Assembly (NCBI GenBank): GCA_035084275.1
Contig: CM068745.1
Location: 14,694,001 to 14,758,000, forward strand
Source: Hydrolagus colliei
Taxonomy: Eukaryota
Direction: 5' to 3'
DNA: 64,000 bases
The notes beneath the pieces are model-generated. The model saw nothing but the letters and a program-made list of their open reading frames with translations. It was not told the origin of the DNA and did not search any database. The translations under genes and the position numbers were made by a program. Of this stretch, positions 1-12,510 are shown piece by piece (the first letter of the stretch is position 1; each line of letters starts with the position of its first letter).

Positions 1-589
1 CATTTTTGTCCTTTAAACCTTGAATACTGGATAACATTAACTCAAAGGGATTGTCAGCCTGCTTTATATTTGTGCAGTAGAATATTTCCTCTGTGAGATT
101 CTGTGAACAACACACACGACTTGCTGAAGTAAAAGGTTAAGTACAAAGCAAACTACATTTCACTTTGAAACAGAAATTGACAGCAGGCGGTGAAATATTT
201 AGAAATACAGCACTACCTCTTACCCTTTCCCAATTCTCCTTTTTGTCCTATTTCACTGCGTGTTCTGTTTTGGTTATTTATTTGTTCAAAAAATATCAAG
301 GTCATAATGTGCTTTGTTTAGAGGATATATGGTTTTGTTAGCATAGATCAATAACTGAAAATCTTGTATGATCTTTTATGATAATAATAACAATCCTTGC
401 ATTTGATATAGCGACTTGTCACGTGTTCCAGCACCCTGCGATGTCCTCTGGATGTGAAAGGTGTTATACAAATGTAATTTTGTTGTTGGTGTCTCAAAGC
501 GCTTCACAGAATATGCTGTAAATTAAATTGACTGTATACATTTTCGGCGAAATTTGACAGCCAATTCCACACAGCAGTGTCCCACAAAT

Positions 590-736
590 TTGTTTAAAAA
601 AATAGAGGGATTAGGGGATATGGGGATAGGGCAGGTAATCAAAGTTAGGTGAGAAGATCAGCCATGATCTTGTTGAATGGCGAAGCAGGCTCGAAGGGCC
701 GAATGGCCTACTCCTGCTCCTAATTCTTATGTTCTT
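590..736 (+). mobile_element. CR1 LINE 3' end nested in a SINE
   Basis: agatcagccatgatctt..gaatggc..gggccgaatggcctactcctgctcctaattcttatgttctt CR1 3' UTR and tail. Confidence 0.85.
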
Positions 737-1694
737 AAACAACAACAAATTTACATTTATAGAGGGCCTTTCACGTCGGGAGAACAGTCGTGGATTGAGA
801 GAACAATTTAATGCAGGGAACTGTCAGTATTTATACAAATTTCACGATCTCTCTTTATACCCGGGCAGGAGAGGAGCAAAATCCTAAACAAAGTGGGTGC
901 TTCTGTTTCTCAGTCTATGAGATTAATCAAATTATTTAACAATGAGGTTATGGAGTTTCAAAGCTGCAAAAGATTATAAAAGTCACCACAATTTTTAATA
1001 CCTTTACAGTGCATCACAATACAGTATATGTTGTCAAGGCTTAAAAATATCCGATGTTTTTTTTAAGATATGACTGCAGTATGAACGTTGTTTGCAGACT
1101 GTGCCTTCCTTTTGTAACCTGGAGGGCATTTTTTCGCAACTAGTGTCCACACATAACTCTGCAGCCGCTGTGATTAAAGGGTCCATATTGAATTCCCGGT
1201 CATTTTCCTTACGGTTTGTGCTGCTGGTGGGCAGCACCTGAGCGATGCACTGGTTCCATTTTTTTGTTTCCACTCCCCCCACCATTCACAGTCTCTTGTT
1301 TATCTTTGCCCACAAGCTATATCTTGCACAAACAGATCAAATTACACTGTTTTGAAAAATCCAAACTTTGCAAAATATTTTCAATGTTACATAACAGCAT
1401 TCCTTTTTAATCTTTTTTCCAACAGTGAATTTTCCTTCCCTGACATTACGCAAATCCAGCTCCACCACATTGCAGCTGCCAGAGTGTAGAAATCCTGGGA
1501 TCATATTCGTGAGGGTTGTGTTTACACTTTGGCTCTATCTTCTCCTGGGAAGAAGGCTGCAATTTAGGGTTGAATGAAATGTTTTCTGTTTACCCAAATA
1601 CTCGACTTGAAACTGTTAGATATTTGCTGATGTGTAATTAGTGGGTGTTTTACTGCAATGTAATTTTCCTTAATATCGATAAACATACAAACAG

Positions 1695-2030
1695 AATAGA
1701 ATCATAGAACCATAGAATTATTCAGCACGGAGGGAGGTCATGCAGCCCATCGTGTCTGTGCTGCCATTTTGTAAACTGCTATCCAAACCAATCCCACTCC
1801 TACACTCTCCCCATAGCCCTACAAACTTGTCCTCCACAAATAATGATCTACTCTCTTAAAAGTTGGTATCGAATCGGCTTCCATCACCCTTTCAGGCAAT
1901 GCATTCCAGATCCGAACAACTCATGTGGAAACATTTCTCCTCATCTCCCCTCTGTTTCTTTTAACAACTATTTTAAATCAGTGTCTTTGGGTTACTGATC
2001 CACCCGCCAGTGGAAATAGTTTCTCCTTCT
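1695..2030 (-). mobile_element. CR1 LINE 3' fragment ((atagaatc)n-tail family)
   Basis: atagaatcatagaacc tail, caggcaatgcattccaga (WNALP), ccagtggaaatagtttctc. Confidence 0.8.
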
Positions 2031-2640
2031 CAAAATTTATATTGAATAATATAGGCTTATTGGTAGTGTTGGTAAATTTGCCAACAAGGGCAGAATAAAT
2101 CCAATTAAAAGCCAAAGTGAAACCAATGTAATTCAATAAAATAATAATTGGTTGAAGTCAATGCTGCTGAGATTTAGGTGGAGGTCCATTGATTTGATTC
2201 TATATGTGCTATTGAGTTGCTGATCTATGTTGAGCAAGTAGGTGACTGTATGTCTTCCCGCAACAGAAGGCTGCCATCACACACTTACACACACGTACCC
2301 ACCAAAGAGTGACACTAATGATACTGAGCAACATACCAGTTCTGTAATTGATGGAGCCAGAATAAAATTATAAAAGGGTTTGATAAGGCTAACATAATTT
2401 GGCTGATTCCACTGGTTGGAGGGTCTGTAACCTGGAAACAAAAATGTATGTTACTGTAATAACTACGGGATCAAAAAGAGAATTTAGAGGAACTACTTGA
2501 TGCAGAGGATAGTTTGTGGAACTCGTTTTTGTTAGTTATGAACTGCTCACACTAACCAGCCTCTCAATACGAGTAACAGAATCAATTAGCTCCACTGACT
2601 TACATAAAATGGCAATTGAATACAGCAACAAATAATTAAT

Positions 2641-2682
2641 AAAATGCAAAATATTGTGGATGCTGGAAATCTGAACCAAAAA
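2641..2682 (-). mobile_element. Fragment of the tail of the same Penelope-like element, fused to a 5'-truncated SINE
   Basis: Reverse complement ttcagatttccagcatccacaatattttgcatttt resembles the tail at ~31728-31763. Confidence 0.5.
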
Positions 2683-2684
2683 CT

Positions 2685-2907
2685 AGGGCGAAACCTTGGG
2701 CAAGTTTCCTTACTCCACAACCCTAATAATAATCCTTCAAAAAAAACAATAATGAATTGGTCATTTCAATCCATGACTGTTTGTGGGACACTGCTGTGCT
2801 CAATTGGCTACCGCGTTTCACCCACAAATATACAGTCAATTCATTTTACAGTATATTCTGAGAAGCGCTTTGAGACATCTGGAAGACGTGAAAAGCGCTG
2901 TATCAAA
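2685..2907 (+). mobile_element. SINE2, 5'-truncated (other partial copies at ~381-800, 14350-14440, 33605-33730, 40145-40260, 44865-44980)
   Basis: Body from gggcgaaaccttgggcaag to the tail stem-loop. Confidence 0.85.
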
Positions 2908-3597
2908 CTTCTTGAACCGCTCCTGTGGTCACCTGCTTCTCTTTCCCCCTTGAAACTGTGGTTGAATTAGATTGTGGAGAAGTCTCAAAATGAACGGGGA
3001 ATGAGTAGAGACTCAGGCAGAGTACAAACACCATTAAAACACCAAGGCCAACTGCGTAAGAGGGCTGAGTGGCCTGTACATTCTTTGTAGAGTTTTGTAC
3101 CTAGTCAAGGGAGGTGAACACATAAGCCTGAAAATTCGTTTCTGGCTCCTCTTTAATGTGGACACCACACGAGGCAATCTGTGAATGAATTTTTGTATAC
3201 TGCAATCGTTTTGTGCGGTTGCTGAATACAAGCAAATAATCCTGCCTTAGTGGTAGTGCCTTGGTAACTTCAGTTGTGAATCACATCATAGTTTGTTCTT
3301 ATGTAGAAGAAAGCATCATTTGAATTCCTATTTAGACCGGTTTCTAATCACCCAGCCTGGTTAAAGCTGCAGCAGCAATATTGAGCACACCGTTTTGAGC
3401 TCGTAGGACAGAGAGCAGCTGTGAATGAGACCCGAGTGTGTCTGTCCTCCAAGGAGATTGACCAGTTTTATCATGTTTAGTCAGTGCTTGTGGTTTGTCA
3501 ATGCATGTGCTCACCTGAAAGAAAAAGAACCAAAAAGATAGTTTCAGTCAATGTAAGTACTGTGTGTGCCTTGTCTCTACAACAATACATTAATTCC

Positions 3598-4520
3598 AAT
3601 AACAGCAACAACTTTGATTTATATAGCGCCCTCCACCCGGACGGCGTCTCAGAGCGCTTCACAATAGCAGATCCCGGGACCGAGCCAGGGGCAGGGGTAG
3701 AAAGGTAACCAAAGGAGCGGTCGAAGAGAAAGGTCTTTAGCTGTGACCTGAAACTGGGAAGAGAAGGGGCGAGGTGAAGGGAGTGAGGAAGGGAGTTCCA
3801 GAGCCTTGGGGCGTGGTGGCTGAAGGCACGGCCACCGAGGGTGGAGCGGAGGACTCGGGGGACATGGAGGAGACCAGACCCAGAGGAGCGAAGGCAGCGG
3901 GTGCTGGGTTGGGGGGGAGAGTAGATCAGAGAGGTAGGGGGGTGCAGAGGAGTGGAGGGATTTGAAAACACGGGTGAGGATCTTGAAGTCAATCCTCTCT
4001 GGGATAGGGAGCCAGTGAAGTCTGGTAAGGACTGGGGTAATGGGGGAGCGAAGCTTGGAGCGGGTGAGTATGCGGGTGGCAGAGTTTTGGATTAGCTGGG
4101 TTTTGTGGATTGTGGTGGAGGGGAGACCGGTGAGGAGGGTGTTGTAATAATCTAGCCGAGAGGTGACAAAGGCGTGGACCAAGGTTTCAGCAGTATTTGG
4201 GGTGAGGTATTGCCGGAGACGGGCGATCCGTCAGAGGTGGTAGAAGGCGGTGCTGGGGAGGGACCGGATGTGGGGGAGGAAGACAGTTGGGGATTGAACC
4301 CGACGCCTAGGTTGTGCAGAGGTTCGGAGAGTTTTAGGGGCAGGCCGGGAAGGTGGAGGAGGTGAGAGCCGTGCGAATGGAGACGTTGACGAGAGCCAAA
4401 GAGTATGGCCTCCGTCTTGTCAACATTCAGCGGCAAAAAATTTGCGCTCATCCAGCTCCTGATGTCTGACAGGCAGGCTGACAGAACATCAGGGGACTGG
4501 GGGTCACAAGATGAAGTGGA
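3598..4520 (-). mobile_element. L2-clade LINE 3' fragment (ORF2 RT C-terminus plus 3' tail), frameshifted
   Basis: ORFs 4152..4451, 3649..4182 and 3498..3992 give WM..NFL.LN..KTE, HAFVTSRLDY.N.LL.GLP, ITPVL..LHWLPI..RIDFK and GGRAFS..APRLWNSLP; (TTG)n-like tail. Confidence 0.92.
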
Positions 4521-5268
4521 GTTAGTGGTTAAGTGGTAAATGCATTACATGATATACCTCAAAACTGTAGAGATCAGAAAGGTCGTAGATTAGATCTCTG
4601 AACTGTGTTGAATCAATTCACTACAGTTAGAACAGAATTAAGTTTTGTGATGTGATGGAGGTGATGGGGTGGGTGGTTGGGAGAGACTCAAACTGCTAGA
4701 ATTTGCTGTCTACACCGACAGATGTACTGTGGTCACTTGGGTGGTGGGGTGAGCGTCAAGGATGGACCTCAGTATGGATCAAGGAAAGAAGAAGCTAGTT
4801 CCTTGCAAAGGGGAAGAGGCAATCAGAGGACAAAGTATCAAAGTGCTCTCAATCACAGAGTTAATTTCAAAACATTACAACAGCTAAATCCTCTCTCACT
4901 TGGAAATGGTGCATGGCCAAGGAGACTAGTCTAGAACAGAATTGGGGGTCAATTGTGCCTTGATTTAGTAGGATTTTATCATTGAAGCAACTTGAAATCT
5001 GACTCATGGGACTGCTGTTCCAATTTCGTCTATATTTGTAGCAGATCCGTTGAGCTGGCTCATGTCACACATCAGCAGGAACACCCTCCCAAATTAGATT
5101 CAGTTAGAGCCAGGTTCCCATGAGGCAGCATCATATTCCAAATTCTATTAAAAATCATTGTAATACCAATCTGAATATGAATAGGTTACAGAGATAACAC
5201 ATTGAGCTAAGATGCTCCTTGGTTGGACAGTGATGAGGATTTTGTTTACAAAGAGAGGGTCAATATTT

Positions 5269-5552
5269 GTAGTCCTGTAGCACAGTGGTTAGAGCACTCG
5301 CCTTGCAAGCGAGGGACCTGGGTTCGATTCCCGCTAGGGAAAAACCTTGGGCAAGTTTCCTTACTCCACATGCCTGACAATAATCCTTTAAGAAAAAACA
5401 ATTATAAATTGGTCACTTCAATCCACAACTGTTTGTGGGACACTTCTGTGAGCAATTGGTTTCGCCCACAAATATACATTAAATTTACTTTACTGTATAT
5501 TCTATGATGGGCTTTGAGAAGACGTGATAAAGCACTATGCAAGAATTATTAT
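5269..5552 (+). mobile_element. tRNA-derived SINE (SINE2), full length
   Basis: A-box gtagcacagtggttagagc, anticodon-like arm ctcgc-cttgcaa-gcgag, B-box ggttcgattcc, conserved body, (att)n tail. Confidence 0.9.
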
Positions 5553-7530
5553 AATAAGATTCACCATTTGACATGGGGAAGATTTCCAATAGGTAGAAAA
5601 CACAGAAACTATTCCAAAATAAAGTTACATGAATAAAAATAGGTTAGACAAAGAATAGAGGAAGAGAATTTAGAAGGAAAAAGTGATGACATGGGTTAAG
5701 CTTCTGAAATGTTTTATTAATATTAAAAATTCTGCTTTGTACTTATTTCTATTGTTTGAATAGAATGAGAAAAATAAAGTTAACTACAGTACATCATTTA
5801 TATTGCTTTACCACTATAATACAGTGTGCAAGTTGAAAACATACAGGCTTAATTGGAGTCATAGTAAAAAAATCTGGATGAACCCATTGACAGTCCAAGG
5901 GTTAGGATCAATCAGTATATTTTCTTAAATGATTTAGGAAGCATTCTTAAGTTACTCAGTTATTCATAACTACCGTTCAAGCCTAACCAAACGGATTCAA
6001 ATGTATTTTTTAAATTTTTCACTTCATCCTTGTATTTGATGTAGTGCCTTACCACATCAAAGAACTTCACAGAGTTTCCTATAAAATGTGGTAACTATTT
6101 GGTAGATGAATTGCAACAGCCAATTTATGCACAGCAACATGCTACAAATATGCACATGGCGAATGACCAATTTTAGCCAGTAGACTGTTGGTCAGAATAT
6201 CTTTGTTTCTCAGCCGTATCCATGAGTTCAAAGTCCCAAATGTCTGTCCTAAAATTGCCCTTCATAACTCTAGATATGTGCCTTGTAAGTAAACTTATGG
6301 ATTTGCTTATTTCTAACCAATATAACAGTGTATATACTTCTATAAGATCCCCTCTTTCTTTTCAAGGTGAAAAACCCCTTGCGGTGCACTTTGAGACGTC
6401 GATAAGATATGGAAAGTGCTATGTAAATGTAAGGATTATATATTACTATTATTATTGAGTTCCCAAACCTGCACCATCAGTGTGCCTAGTTTTCAGGTTG
6501 GGCCATATAAAGGTTATTTAATATTCCTGACTCATCACTCATATAATTCTCACAGTACCCATTGAAAATGACAGTACTTTATGAAGAATCCACACTGCCC
6601 TCATAAATGGTGACCTAGATTAATAGCTTATTCTCAGAGATAACTGCTGAGAGAATAATGATTTTTCCTACCCCTTTGTTTCCAACAAAGCAGAGAAAGG
6701 GAGGCTGAGAAAGAGAGATCACAGTTTTCATCCCTCCTTTCAGAGATCCAGGAGATATTAAGATTTCTTGTCTGTCCTTTGATTTAGTTCACTATATTTA
6801 AGTTGAAAAGAAGATACAGCTGGCAGCTTCAACATTGGCTAGAGTAGAAAACGTTTCTCATCATGACCTTTCTGTGGCAAGAAAGAAATACTCATATTTA
6901 TTACTCTTCACTCTATGCCTGGTTAATATCAGTAAGTCTAATGATTCTCCAAACAAATTTGTTGATCAAAATTGCTTTTATTTTTCAAGGAGTTCTTGCT
7001 AAAGAAACATACAAATCATGGTCGGAACTAATATTGACAGAAAACATACTACAGACACTGTGAAGCTCCCAATGGAATACAGATCCCTTTTATTCCCCGC
7101 CTCCTCCCTGGCACCAGATAAATCACTGGCACTTGACATCCTCTTTAATAAGTACTATAATAATAATAATAATCCTTGTACTTGATGTAGCACCTTTCTG
7201 TGTGTAGGTGGGATGTATGGAATTTGCAGTTTGGATACTCTTGCGCTTGCTGTTTCCACATCTATCAGACACCCAGCTGACCAAATAAAAAAGTTGTCTC
7301 AAATCTAGTGACTGTGAAGTATTTTGGAGGCAAACATGGCAGCCAATTTGCACTCAGCAATGTCCCACAAACAACCATGAAGTAAATGACCGATTTAATA
7401 TGGGGGATTATTTACCAATGAAAGAATCCTGAAAGGTATGTTAATAGTGATGACCATGTAAAATGCCAGTGACAATTAATCCGTTATTTAATGAAAACCT
7501 TAATTTTGTTCATCCAATATACTGCGACTC

Positions 7531-7835
7531 GGAGTCCTGTAGCTCAGTGGTTAGAGCACTCGTCTTACAAGCGTGAGACCTGTGTTTTGAATCCAGGCAG
7601 GTCAGGGCGAAACCTTGGGCAAGTTTCCTTACTTCACACGCCTAATAATAATCCCCCCCCCAAAAACTATAAATTGGTAATTTCAATCCGTGACTGTTTG
7701 TGAGTCACTGCTGTGCGCAATTGGCTGCCACATTTCTCCTACAAATATAGTCAATTCACTTTACAGTATATTCTGCAAAGTGCTTTGAGACGTCTAGAAG
7801 TCGTGAAAAAGCGCTATATCAAATGCAAGGATTAT
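7531..7835 (+). mobile_element. tRNA-derived SINE2, full length
   Basis: Same head, body and L2-like tail as the other copies. Confidence 0.9.
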
Positions 7836-8124
7836 AATGTGAAAGTTTGCATATGGTTGAGTTGAGCAGCACCTAGAACGTCTAATAAAGCCCCTAATCA
7901 TGGGATTAAAAGATCTGATAGTAAATTGGGGGATTAGGCTTGATGGACTGAATGGCCTCCTTCTTTTCCTTGGTTCCAATGTTCCTAAGAACTGATACTA
8001 ATAGTCAACTGAGAACCTTCAGTATATATGGAGTATTGTGTCCACTGAGTAAAATACTGTGTTTAGTGAACAAAATACAATCACTGTATCCTGTGTCCTT
8101 GCATATAGTGAGTACTGTGTAATG

Positions 8125-9000
8125 GCAATGTTGGTTGATCGGAGAACATTGCATCAAATTATTAGACAATGCACGGACAGTAATTGAGCCTTGTAACAGG
8201 TTACCATTCGCCCTGAAAGATAAACACAAAACAGAATTGAAGAGCATTGAGTCGCTTGACATGATTACAATAGTTGATGCGTCCATTAAGTAAACTAGTT
8301 CCTAGAGGTTGTACATCAATCAAACAGACAAATACTTGAACTGTGAAATATAAGCAAGGCTATTCAGAATGAACACCACAAAATACCCATGCAACAAGTA
8401 ATGATATCACACTTTGCAAAGAGCTAATATGTTCTCCGAATTAGATATTTTGTAAAGATTCTGGCACCAATGATGGCTGGATAAAACAAGCTAATTCATG
8501 CCTCTGTATTTTTAATATATCCTTTGGAAGGGATTGCTACCCCAACTCTTAGAATTTTATAATAATAAATAATAACCTTGCACCTTTCATGTCAAGAAAG
8601 GTGTCTCAAAGTGCTGCACAAGATATACTGCAAAGTGTAGTGACTCTGTATCGTGACAGCCAAATCCCAGTCATTCGTTAATCATGCTACACCACATTTT
8701 ATAGAAATAATGTAGTAGAAGCTGGATCTTCTTGTAATACCATGACATTACATTTATACAGTGCCTTTCATGTCGTGAGGATGTCCCAAGGTGCAGGACA
8801 CCAAATTGGAGGAAACAATAAAGATCATTCTGACAGTGTGATAAAGCGCTATATCAAATGTAATGATTATTATTGTTTATATAACTGAGCTGCTTATGCC
8901 AGATTCAATCGAGTCTATTCTAAGAAGTACAGCACAATTATGCCGGTTCTTGAATTTAACTACTCCGAAGATCATGTTGCTGCTCCAACTGTTTTCTGTT
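8125..9000 (+). mobile_element. Degenerate Ty3/Gypsy (K02A2.6/Mag-like) pol RT relic, interrupted by SINE/L2 tails
   Basis: Hand translation with stops and frameshifts: EHCIKLLDNARTVIEPCNRLPFALKDKHKTELKSIESLDMI, SKAIQNEHHKIP, LCIFNISFGRDCY, KKYSTIMPVLEF, in the motif order of Gypsy RT and its connection domain. Confidence 0.65.
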
Positions 9001-9529
9001 TTTTTTACAATGATATACGTGTCATAGCATAATTGCTGCCTTGTTTGTGCTCAGATTTCCTTAGATCAATGCGGATGTGTGTGACATGAAAACAATGTGT
9101 ATTGTTGATCATGTGACTGCTAGTATACCGAAAAGTTATGCTTTAAGGTATTGCATTTCATAATATGTCAAATAAACATGTGCCATAACAGTATCATCTT
9201 ACCAGACAGAGTTTCAGCAGTTTTCCTTAATGTACCTATTATTCCTGTAAAGAGTACCATGTTCCTTAAACTACTGTACTATAGATGATCAGTGTATTCC
9301 ACATGTGACAGTATTAAGTCTTAAGTGCTCTGTGACACAACCCCACTATATAAATGCAAGTTGTTGTTGTTAAATTGATGCAAAATCTGATCTTACAGCA
9401 AAAAGAAAAGTGATTCAGCACATAAAGTTTCTCAGTCGCCTGGAGCTTTACATTACCTATTCAGTCTGCCTATTTTGGTTTTGCGTTCTAGCTACCTCTG
9501 CTTTCCGGATAATCGGGATTCCACAAATA

Positions 9530-9895
9530 TATATTTTCATATCTGCGATCTCCTAATCCCCTACCAACCTGCCCGCCCCTCTGCTCAGCAGGCACCGGCC
9601 TGCCCCCCGACTCACCTGCCCCACCATTGGCGGGCGAGCCTTCAGCCACTCTGCCCCCAACCACTGGAACTCCATCCCACTGTCCCTCTGCCTCGCCCCA
9701 CTTCCTGGCCTCCTTCAAATCCCGCCTCAAGACCCTCCTCTTCAATGGTCTCATTGGTCACCCCAAATGTCCCCCTTTCCCCCAAAACTCCCAGTCCCTG
9801 ACCCCAGCTAGGATCTGAAACAATGACTGTCCATCGCCTTGGGACGTCCTCCAGATGTGAAAGGCACTAAACGCGTAATTTTGTTGTTGTTGTTT
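9530..9895 (+). mobile_element. L2 LINE 3' fragment
   Basis: GGRAFS..P..WNS region, gatgtgaaaggcact..(ttg)n tail; similar to 19280-19755. Confidence 0.85.
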
Positions 9896-11614
9896 TAAGT
9901 TTCCACTTGCTTTAATTCTCTCTTACCATGTTTAAGCTCTAGAGATAACCTGGAGGCAGAGAGAGAGTGAATAGGAAGCAGAGTGTTCTGGATGGAGTAG
10001 GTCAGTCTGGTTTAATAATATTATTAATTATTGCTATTAATTGTTATTAGGAGCACAAATCACACATACTTCCCTTTGGAAATAAATCAGGAGGATGTCT
10101 CGTCTGAATCCTTGAAGCTTAATTTGTTATAAATCGGGTTTAATTGTTCAACATAACCACCTGAGAAAGTGAAGTTTAGCTTCTCCTCATAGTCAAGGGA
10201 TTTAGCGTAGAACTTAACCTTGCTCATTTCGCTCTCACCATCCTCCCTGCTGGTCTCTTAATAAACTGCATTGTGTGGTTGAACTTCAGACATCTTAGTA
10301 TAGATAAACTTAACCACAGCCTCTGCTATTTTCTTGGGAGGAGGCGGTTTGTATGATGGGGGGGCCTTGATTCATTGTCAAACCAGGAGAGGATGTGGAT
10401 GAGCTGAAGAAGAACCAGGTAGCATGTCCAGCTGAGACCATCCCACTCATTTGAGCAAGATTGTGGAAGTCTGTATCTTCAAGTGAGGCTGAAGAGCCTA
10501 ACAGTCTAGTCAGTCATTAATAACAGTGCATATCATGTATGTGCAGTGAGACAGCGAAGCTTCCCACGCTTGAAGTACATACTCACAATGCACAGGAATC
10601 GATTTCCAGCCTGATGTCCTGGCAGGGGCCATGTTTAATATAGGAAACTGGCTAGTGAGCCAGGTGTACCATACTTGTGGTATAGAATACGTCCTATACT
10701 ACAAGTGATTAAACCGAGATCCTGCATGTTGAAATCGACCCAGTCAGCTACATAGAAAGCCCACTGCATTATCTGTTGTCAACAATCATCCGTTTTCATT
10801 CCTTCCAATGCAAACCTGTCAAAAGTACAAAGGTCCGACTTACAAATAACAATGTTTTGAAATATTTTCACAGCAGAAATTAGAAATATAAATGACACTG
10901 CTTGACCTCTGAGTGACCTTCGCAACCCTTGATCGCATTAGTTGTGGGTGGAGTAATTTGTTGAATACTCTCCGCTTACATGGTTTAAATCCAAATGAAT
11001 TTGTTCCACTTTAGTTCTTGATCCTGTTGATGTGACATTGGGACTATCTGTCAGGGAGGTTGGTGAATGGGTTAAGAGCGTCTTCATGTTATATCTGCCT
11101 TATGACAGAGTGCAGTATATGTGACATTCACAACCTTGGTCTTCTGTTAAACAACTGGAGACAGACATGTGCACTAGTGTGAACATTGGCAATTGACACA
11201 TCGAGGGATATTACCGCCCTAGCACCCGGTAGCAAGGTTGATTCTGCATGACTGACTGAGGGCAAAGTTAGCCAGATGTTTGGAACTATTTAGATGGGTT
11301 TGATTTATCCCACAATCAATCCTCATTTCAGAAGAGTTCCATAAGCAGCTTTTATGTAAACAGGGATTTTCATTCCTAATTGCTAAGACCATGAGCTTTT
11401 TAAAACGCATTTCTCATAGCGTTCTGGTTCCTCTCAATGTAGTGTTGGACTCTGACACTGACGACTTCATTTGAGTCAGAAACAGCACGGATCTGACGCT
11501 CAAACTGGCCTGCTCACTGAGGCAACGTTTTAGCAGATCTGGGCTGGACCAGTAGCTGGAGAGTACAGATCACCTCATTCCCCAGAACCACATTTTCCTG
11601 GCTTGAATGTATAT

Positions 11615-12510
11615 AATAATTATAGTAATCTTTGCATTTAATATAGTGCCTTTCACATCAAAAGTCCTAAATTACCGTAAAGCGCAGCAGGCAGTTTGGC
11701 ACACAGCAATGTCTCACAAACAATCAGGCAGTGAATGCTCATTTTTCTCTAGGAGATTGTTGTTCATGTTACTGGAAGTAATGTGCTTCTCTCTTTGAAT
11801 AGTTCCGTGAGATCATTCTAAACAAGCATGTTTAAAGTCTCACCTGAAAACTGGAACCTCTGTGCAGCATTGCCCTTCACTAGAGTGTCAGCCTAGACCG
11901 TGGCTGTCCTAGTGAGGACATAAGAACATAAGAAATAGGAGCAGGAGTAGGCCATTCGGCCCTTCTAGCCTGCCCCGCCATTCAATCATGGCTGATATTC
12001 CATTCTAACTCCAGCTACCTGCCTTATCCCCATACCCCTTAATCCCTTTATAAATAAGAAATCTATCTAACTCAGTCTTGAATATGTTCAAGGACTGAGC
12101 ATCAACAGCCCTTTGGGGTAAAGAATTCCATACATTCACCACCCTCTGAGTGAAGAAGTTTTTTCTCAACTCAGTGTGAAAAGGCTGACCCCTAACTATA
12201 AGACTGTGACACCTGGTTTTAGATTCTCCAACCAGGAGAAACAATTACCCACTATCTACTTTGTCGTGCCCCTTAATAATCTTATAGATTTCTATAAGAT
12301 CCTCTCTAATTCTTCTACATTCCAGAGAATATAGGCTCAACCTATCGTCATAACTCATCCCCCTCATTCCAGGTACGAATCTAGTAAACCTACGCTGCAC
12401 TCCCTCCAACGCAAGTACATCCTTCCTTAAATAAGGAGACCAAAACTGCACACAGTATTCCAGGTCTTAAACCCACAACCTTCAGAAGCAGGAATTAAAC
12501 AAGCTAAACC
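11615..12510 (-). mobile_element. Deu-domain SINE interrupted by CR1, head-to-head with another Deu-domain piece at ~12515-12700 (+)
   Basis: ctctttgaatagt..gagatc, agtgtcagcctaga | CR1 | aaacccacaaccttc. Confidence 0.6.
11917..12465 (-). mobile_element. CR1 LINE 3' fragment ((ataagaac)n-tail family) inserted in a Deu-domain SINE
   Basis: ORFs 12245..12451 and 12005..12244: QFWSPYLRKDVLALEGVQRRFTR, RKNFFTQRVVNVWNSLP. Confidence 0.92.

Noticed and set aside
224-354. Minus-strand exon-like segment with gtaag donor and a GQKGELGK collagen-like peptide
   Set aside because: All frames from the good acceptor contain stops, the nearer AG lacks a pyrimidine tract, and there are only three Gly-X-Y units.
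1034-1285. 83-aa minus-strand ORF
   Set aside because: In-frame stop right before the ATG, no recognisable motif, no splice partners found.
5269-5340. tRNA-like sequence (A/B boxes, TGC anticodon-like loop) here and at ~10 other sites
   Set aside because: These are SINE heads: each continues into the same body and tail, and the anticodon loop varies between copies.
6744-7063. Plus-strand exon-like pair with a gtaagt donor and a 58-nt intron
   Set aside because: In-frame stop, very short intron, no recognisable protein similarity.
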